64,000 nt of DNA. Source: Eledone cirrhosa (Eukaryota). The notes beneath the pieces are model-generated. The model searched no databases. It was not told the origin of the DNA and saw only the letters and a program-made list of their open reading frames with translations. This document shows positions 59,741 to 64,000 of the stretch, piece by piece (the stretch's first letter is position 1; each line of letters opens with the position of its first letter). The translations under genes were made by a program, and so were the position numbers. Where the stretch lies: NCBI GenBank assembly GCA_964016885.1, contig OZ024740.1, forward strand, positions 255,192,001 to 255,256,000. Reading direction: 5' to 3'.

Positions 59741-61940
59741 TTATGTTGTATTGTTAGCGCAAAGGTAAAATGGGAAGACTTGGAATTTGGGTGTCTTATT
59801 ACTTGCGTATATGTCTAGATGTGCGCTTAGTGGTATCTGTCTCGTGGTTGGATCTCGTAATTGTTGGCGATGAACTGTCATTCTGTTTCTGAGTGTGAGT
59901 TTAGTTTGTCCTATATAATCTTCATTGCATCCTTTACATTTAATGGCATAAAGTAGATTTTTTGATGAGCAAGTGAAGTGATTTTTTACAGTAAAATTTT
60001 GTCCTGATTTAAATGTATACGTGTTGCCTTCAATGAGGTGAGTGCAGGTTCCACAATTAGAGCGACCACATTTTTTGACAGTTGGTTGTGGGTTTGTGGT
60101 AGGTAATTTGGCATTGGTGAGTAATGTTTTCAGTGATTTCGGTTGTCTTTTGCTTTTGATTATTGTGTGTGTTTCAAGGGCTTTTTTCATTCTTGGGTTT
60201 TGTTTTAGTAGTGCGATGTTCTTGTGAATAGTGTTGTAAGCTTCCGAATTTCTTGGGTTGTGTGTTGAGATATATGATAGAATATTGGACGTACCTTGAA
60301 TTTGTTTCTGTTTTCGTAATTCATCAATGCCTATTGCTTTAGCCTTTTCTATTCCATTATTTATTAGTAATGGTGGGTACTCTCTTTCGAGTAGAATTTC
60401 CTTTAATTCTTGAAGTCTTTTATTTCGCGTTTCATAATTGGAGACAATTGTGCAAATTCTTCTTGCTAGGTTAAAAGGAATGTTCGTCTTCGTGTGCTTT
60501 GGATGGTTGGAGGTGAATAGCAGATATTGTTTGGAATCTGTTGGTTTGTAGTGTATGTCAGTTTCAATATTTGTGTCTTTTTTTAAGATTAAGATGTCCA
60601 GAAATGGGAGTTGATCTTGGCTGTATTCCATTGTGAATTGGATGTGGTTATTGATGCCGTTTATTAAGTTTTTGAAATCCTTCAGTTGGTCGAGTGTGTG
60701 GGACCAAAGAATGAGGCAATCATCCAAATAGCGTTTCCAATTCTCTGATAAATATTTGTGGAAGTTCAATCCGTATTTTGATTTGGACTGTTCATATATC
60801 TGGACTTCTAAGTATGCCATGACTAAGTTGGCATAAGTTGGAGTGGCTTTTGTACCCATCGCAGTCCCCGATATTTTCTTGTAAGTACTGCCATCGAAAT
60901 CAAAAAGTTGTTCTGTAAGATGAATTTTAATCCCTCGGTGATGAAGCTTTTTTCTATTCTGTCAGGTATCTCATTGGGATATTTCTCTAGCCAGAATCCT
61001 ATTGCTTCTAGTCCGTATTGGTGTGGGATCGTTGTGTAGAGATTCACTACATCGAAAGACACAATAATAGTGTCGTTGTTGACATGTTTGGGGAGGTGGT
61101 TTAAGAGGTCCAGATCGTCTCTTACAAGGCTTGGTATGTGTTTGAGAATTGGTTTTAGTAGTATGTCTATAAAGTTGCTCAGTCTGTGTGTTTCACATTT
61201 GGGCCCGCTACAATTGGTCTTAATTTAAGGTCTGTGGGGTATTGTGTGTTCACGCAGGCTGAGGTGGATTGCTTACAGGCATCGTTAATTATTTTACACT
61301 TGTGGATCTTCGGAAGTCCGTAAAGGTTGCTGGTTTTGTATTCAATATGTGTTAAATAATCGCGTTCCTTTTTAGTTAGGTCTTCCTGGTATCGATAAAT
61401 CAGTGTGTTTAATCTGGTCATTGTTTTTGATTGCTGGTAGCTTTTTACTCTTTCATAGTAATTAGTATTTTGTAAGACAGAGATAGAATTTTTATATTTT
61501 TCAGCCTCCATAATGACAACAGTACTTCCCTTGTCCGCTTCCTTAATTATAATGTCCGTATTGTTTTTTAGCTCATGGATAATCTCCCATTCCCTTCGAT
61601 TCGTGTTGGGTTTGGGTTTAGGTTGCGGTAGTTCATGGTATGGGAAAGTAGCTATGTGGTCACAAAATTTGTCCAGAACTCTGTTTCTACCTTTTGTTGG
61701 GTTGTAGCTGCTTTTATTCCGTACAATTGATTCGTCGTTATTCTCCTTGTCAAAGAATTCCTCTGTGAGACCTAATTTTCTACAGAGGTGTGAGATATCG
61801 TCATTTATCTCATTGGGGTTAGAGTATTGTGGCGTTGGTGTGAATTTCAGTCCTTTGGAGAGAATTTTTACTTGTTGGGCTGAGAGGTTTGTATTTGAAA
61901 GGTTGATTATTTTCGTTTTTTCAAAATCGGTTTGTGCCAC
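59741..61940 (-). pseudogene. PLE reverse transcriptase-GIY-YIG ORF broken by frameshifts
   Basis: Three consecutive ORF fragments carry PLE RT and GIY-YIG motifs in the expected order. Confidence 0.85.
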
Positions 61941-62461
61941 CGGGTGTCGTGGGTCCTGTAGCCTTGGTTTAAAAAATGATTTTTCTGGAATGTTTTTTCA
62001 ATGGTATTATTATATCTAATGGTATTTCCCCTGTTGTTGTGTGGTCTTGTATAGAAGTTTCGGACGTATTGAGGATCGGTTTGTTGATAGTCCGGGTTGT
62101 AGATTTTGTTCCTTTGTGTGGGTTGGGATCTACGGTTTTGGAACAGGCTCTGTGTGGACAGAGGTCTACGGTTTTGGAATAGGTTTTGTGTGGGTTGTGA
62201 TCTGCGGATCGGGTCTTGCTTTGTGTTCGGGGATCTTCGGTTTTTGTTAGTAGGGTTTTAGTTTTGTCTATGGTTTCTGGGATTATCGTTATAGTTTTGC
62301 TGGGGGTATGTTGGACATTTTGTTACCTTTTTGTTATTTGTTGTGCATATGGTGTGTGAGTTTTAGTTTGTTTTAAAAATGGGTTACCTGTATGTTGTTC
62401 ATTTTTAAAGTCCATTTCGTAGTTGTTGAACCAGGTGGCGTTTTTTTCCCATCGCTGGAGG

Positions 62462-62464
<3 letters not shown>

Positions 62465-62544
<80 letters not shown>

Positions 62545-62555
62545 ATATATATATG

Positions 62556-62587
<32 letters not shown>

Positions 62588-62591
62588 CATG

Positions 62592-62623
<32 letters not shown>

Positions 62624-62800
62624 TATATGTATATATACATATATATACATATATATATATATATACATATATATACATATATATATACTTATATATATAT
62701 ATATACATATATATATACATATATACATATATATATAAATATATATATATATACATATATATACATATATATATACATATATACATATATATAAAAAAAA

Positions 62801-62831
<31 letters not shown>

Positions 62832-62948
62832 CATATATACATATATATATATATACATATATACATATTTATATATATATATATATGTATGTATATACAT
62901 ACATATATATATACATAATATGTATATATATATGTATATGTATATATA
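62465..62948. repeat. Long (TA)n/(TACA)/(TATG) microsatellite, representative of many simple repeats in the window
   Basis: Direct inspection. Others include (TA)n 30915-31035, (TG)n 35807-35908, (GAAAAA)n 36820-36880, (CA)n 42312-42472 and 47097-47248, (GA)n 48824-48930, and (TA)n 55342-55485. Confidence 0.95.
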
Positions 62949-62949
62949 T

Positions 62950-63390
62950 GTAGGAGGTGAGTTTTATTGTAGCACAATAAAGCAATGCAAATATCGGATA
63001 AGTAGCAGTCAACAGTTTATAGGACTAGAGTATAAATAATATAAAATCAAAAGATGGTTAAAAGAGTTCCATGTATTTTATTATGCGCATTTCAAAAACA
63101 AATATCATTATGGGATGATATTTGCGTTCTCATCAGATAAAATAGGGAGACATGACATGAAGCTCTAAAAACACTTACGAGCAGTGAAGTGTTAAATCAA
63201 CATATATTGATATGTTGATTTAACACTTCACTGCTCGCAAGAGTTTTTTAAGCTTCATATCACGTCTACCTATTTTATCTGATGAGAACGCAAATATGGT
63301 CCCATGATGATATTTGTTTTTGAAATGCGCATAATAAAATACATGGAACTCTTTTAACCATCTTTTGATTTTATATGATTTTATATTATA
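62950..63390. repeat. Foldback (inverted dimer) of the family-C pLTR, with HHRs at 63074-63144 (-) and 63271-63341 (+)
   Basis: Imperfect inverted repeat centred near 63207; both arms match 58140-58381. Confidence 0.8.
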
Positions 63391-63391
63391 T

Positions 63392-64000
63392 ATAAGTATG
63401 TATACGTACATACATATATGTATACAGACGTACAGTAGTATGTATATATATATACATACATGCACACATATATATATGTACGTATGGATTCACCGAACAT
63501 TTATTATAATGCTCGGTGTGTTTGTAAACAAATATCTCGTATTAAGCCGTAGTGTCTAGCAACCATCGTTGCTCGCCTGTTCAACACTGACAAAAGAACG
63601 CTGTACTAGTTTCAAGCTTATTAGCTATCGTCAGCAACGTATACCTTCCTGCCAGATGACTGAACGTCTGAAAGTATATACTTTCCTTATGCATATTAAC
63701 GGCTGAGCAGCCTAATTTGCATATCGAGTGGGTTAATCGGCCGGGTGCACCGAAAAGGATAAACTGAAAAAATGAAACGAAATTTCATTTCCCACTCTTA
63801 GTACTGCTGTTACTTAAATATAAGTATGTATACGTACATACATATATGTATACAGACGTACAGTAGTATGTATATATATATATACATACATGCACACATA
63901 TATATATGTACGTATGGATTCACCGAACATATATTATAATGCTCGGTGTGTTTATAAATATTCGGTGCACCCGGCCGATTAACCCACTCGATATGCAAAT
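63392..64000. mobile_element. Family-B HHR repeat copies: 63392-63790 (-), 63813-63960 (-, 3' part) and 63961-64000 (+, start of another copy)
   Basis: Homologous to 47262-47655. Confidence 0.75.
63598..63639 (-). ncRNA. Minimal type I hammerhead ribozyme (family B)
   Basis: CGUUG-CUGACGA-u-AGCU-aaua-AGCU-u-GAAA-CUAG-UA^-CAGCG. Confidence 0.75.

Larger units (their letters stand above)
58426..62460 (-). mobile_element. Near-full-length disrupted Penelope-like element (Neptune-like)
   Basis: ORFs 61179..61940 (KGLKF.P, IKEADKG, YGLPKIHK, LRPIV), 60823..61062 (SFDVVNLYT) and 59741..60859 (MGT..PTYANL, RYLDD, CGRSNCGTC linker, LLY...YIGQT); HHR in the 3' pLTR. Confidence 0.88.

Overview
AT-rich eukaryotic DNA made almost entirely of retroelements and microsatellites. 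The SINE family and repeat landscape suggest an octopod cephalopod, which is an inference. I recognise no host protein-coding gene. The first part (1-30.7 kb) is a nested array built on (TTA)n/(TAA)n tracts. It holds R4/Dong-like RLE LINEs, all on the minus strand, including two near-intact tandem copies and a short internally deleted derivative. It also holds Tx1-like L1-clade LINEs and tRNA-type SINEs, all on the plus strand, and the SINE shares its 3' tail with the Tx1 element. The second part (30.7-64 kb) is a (TA)n/(CA)n-rich zone with another R4-like LINE, a Helitron remnant, RTE and CRE fragments, a Tx1 relative inserted in (TATC)n, and at least six Penelope-like elements (PLEs). Reading the non-coding DNA by eye gave about 14 type-I hammerhead ribozyme (HHR) motifs from about 9 sequence families. 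Three unrelated ones carry a compensatory U3:A8 core. One canonical HHR sits in a 471-nt non-coding, terminally redundant, retrozyme-like unit. All folds were assigned by eye; no searches were run.
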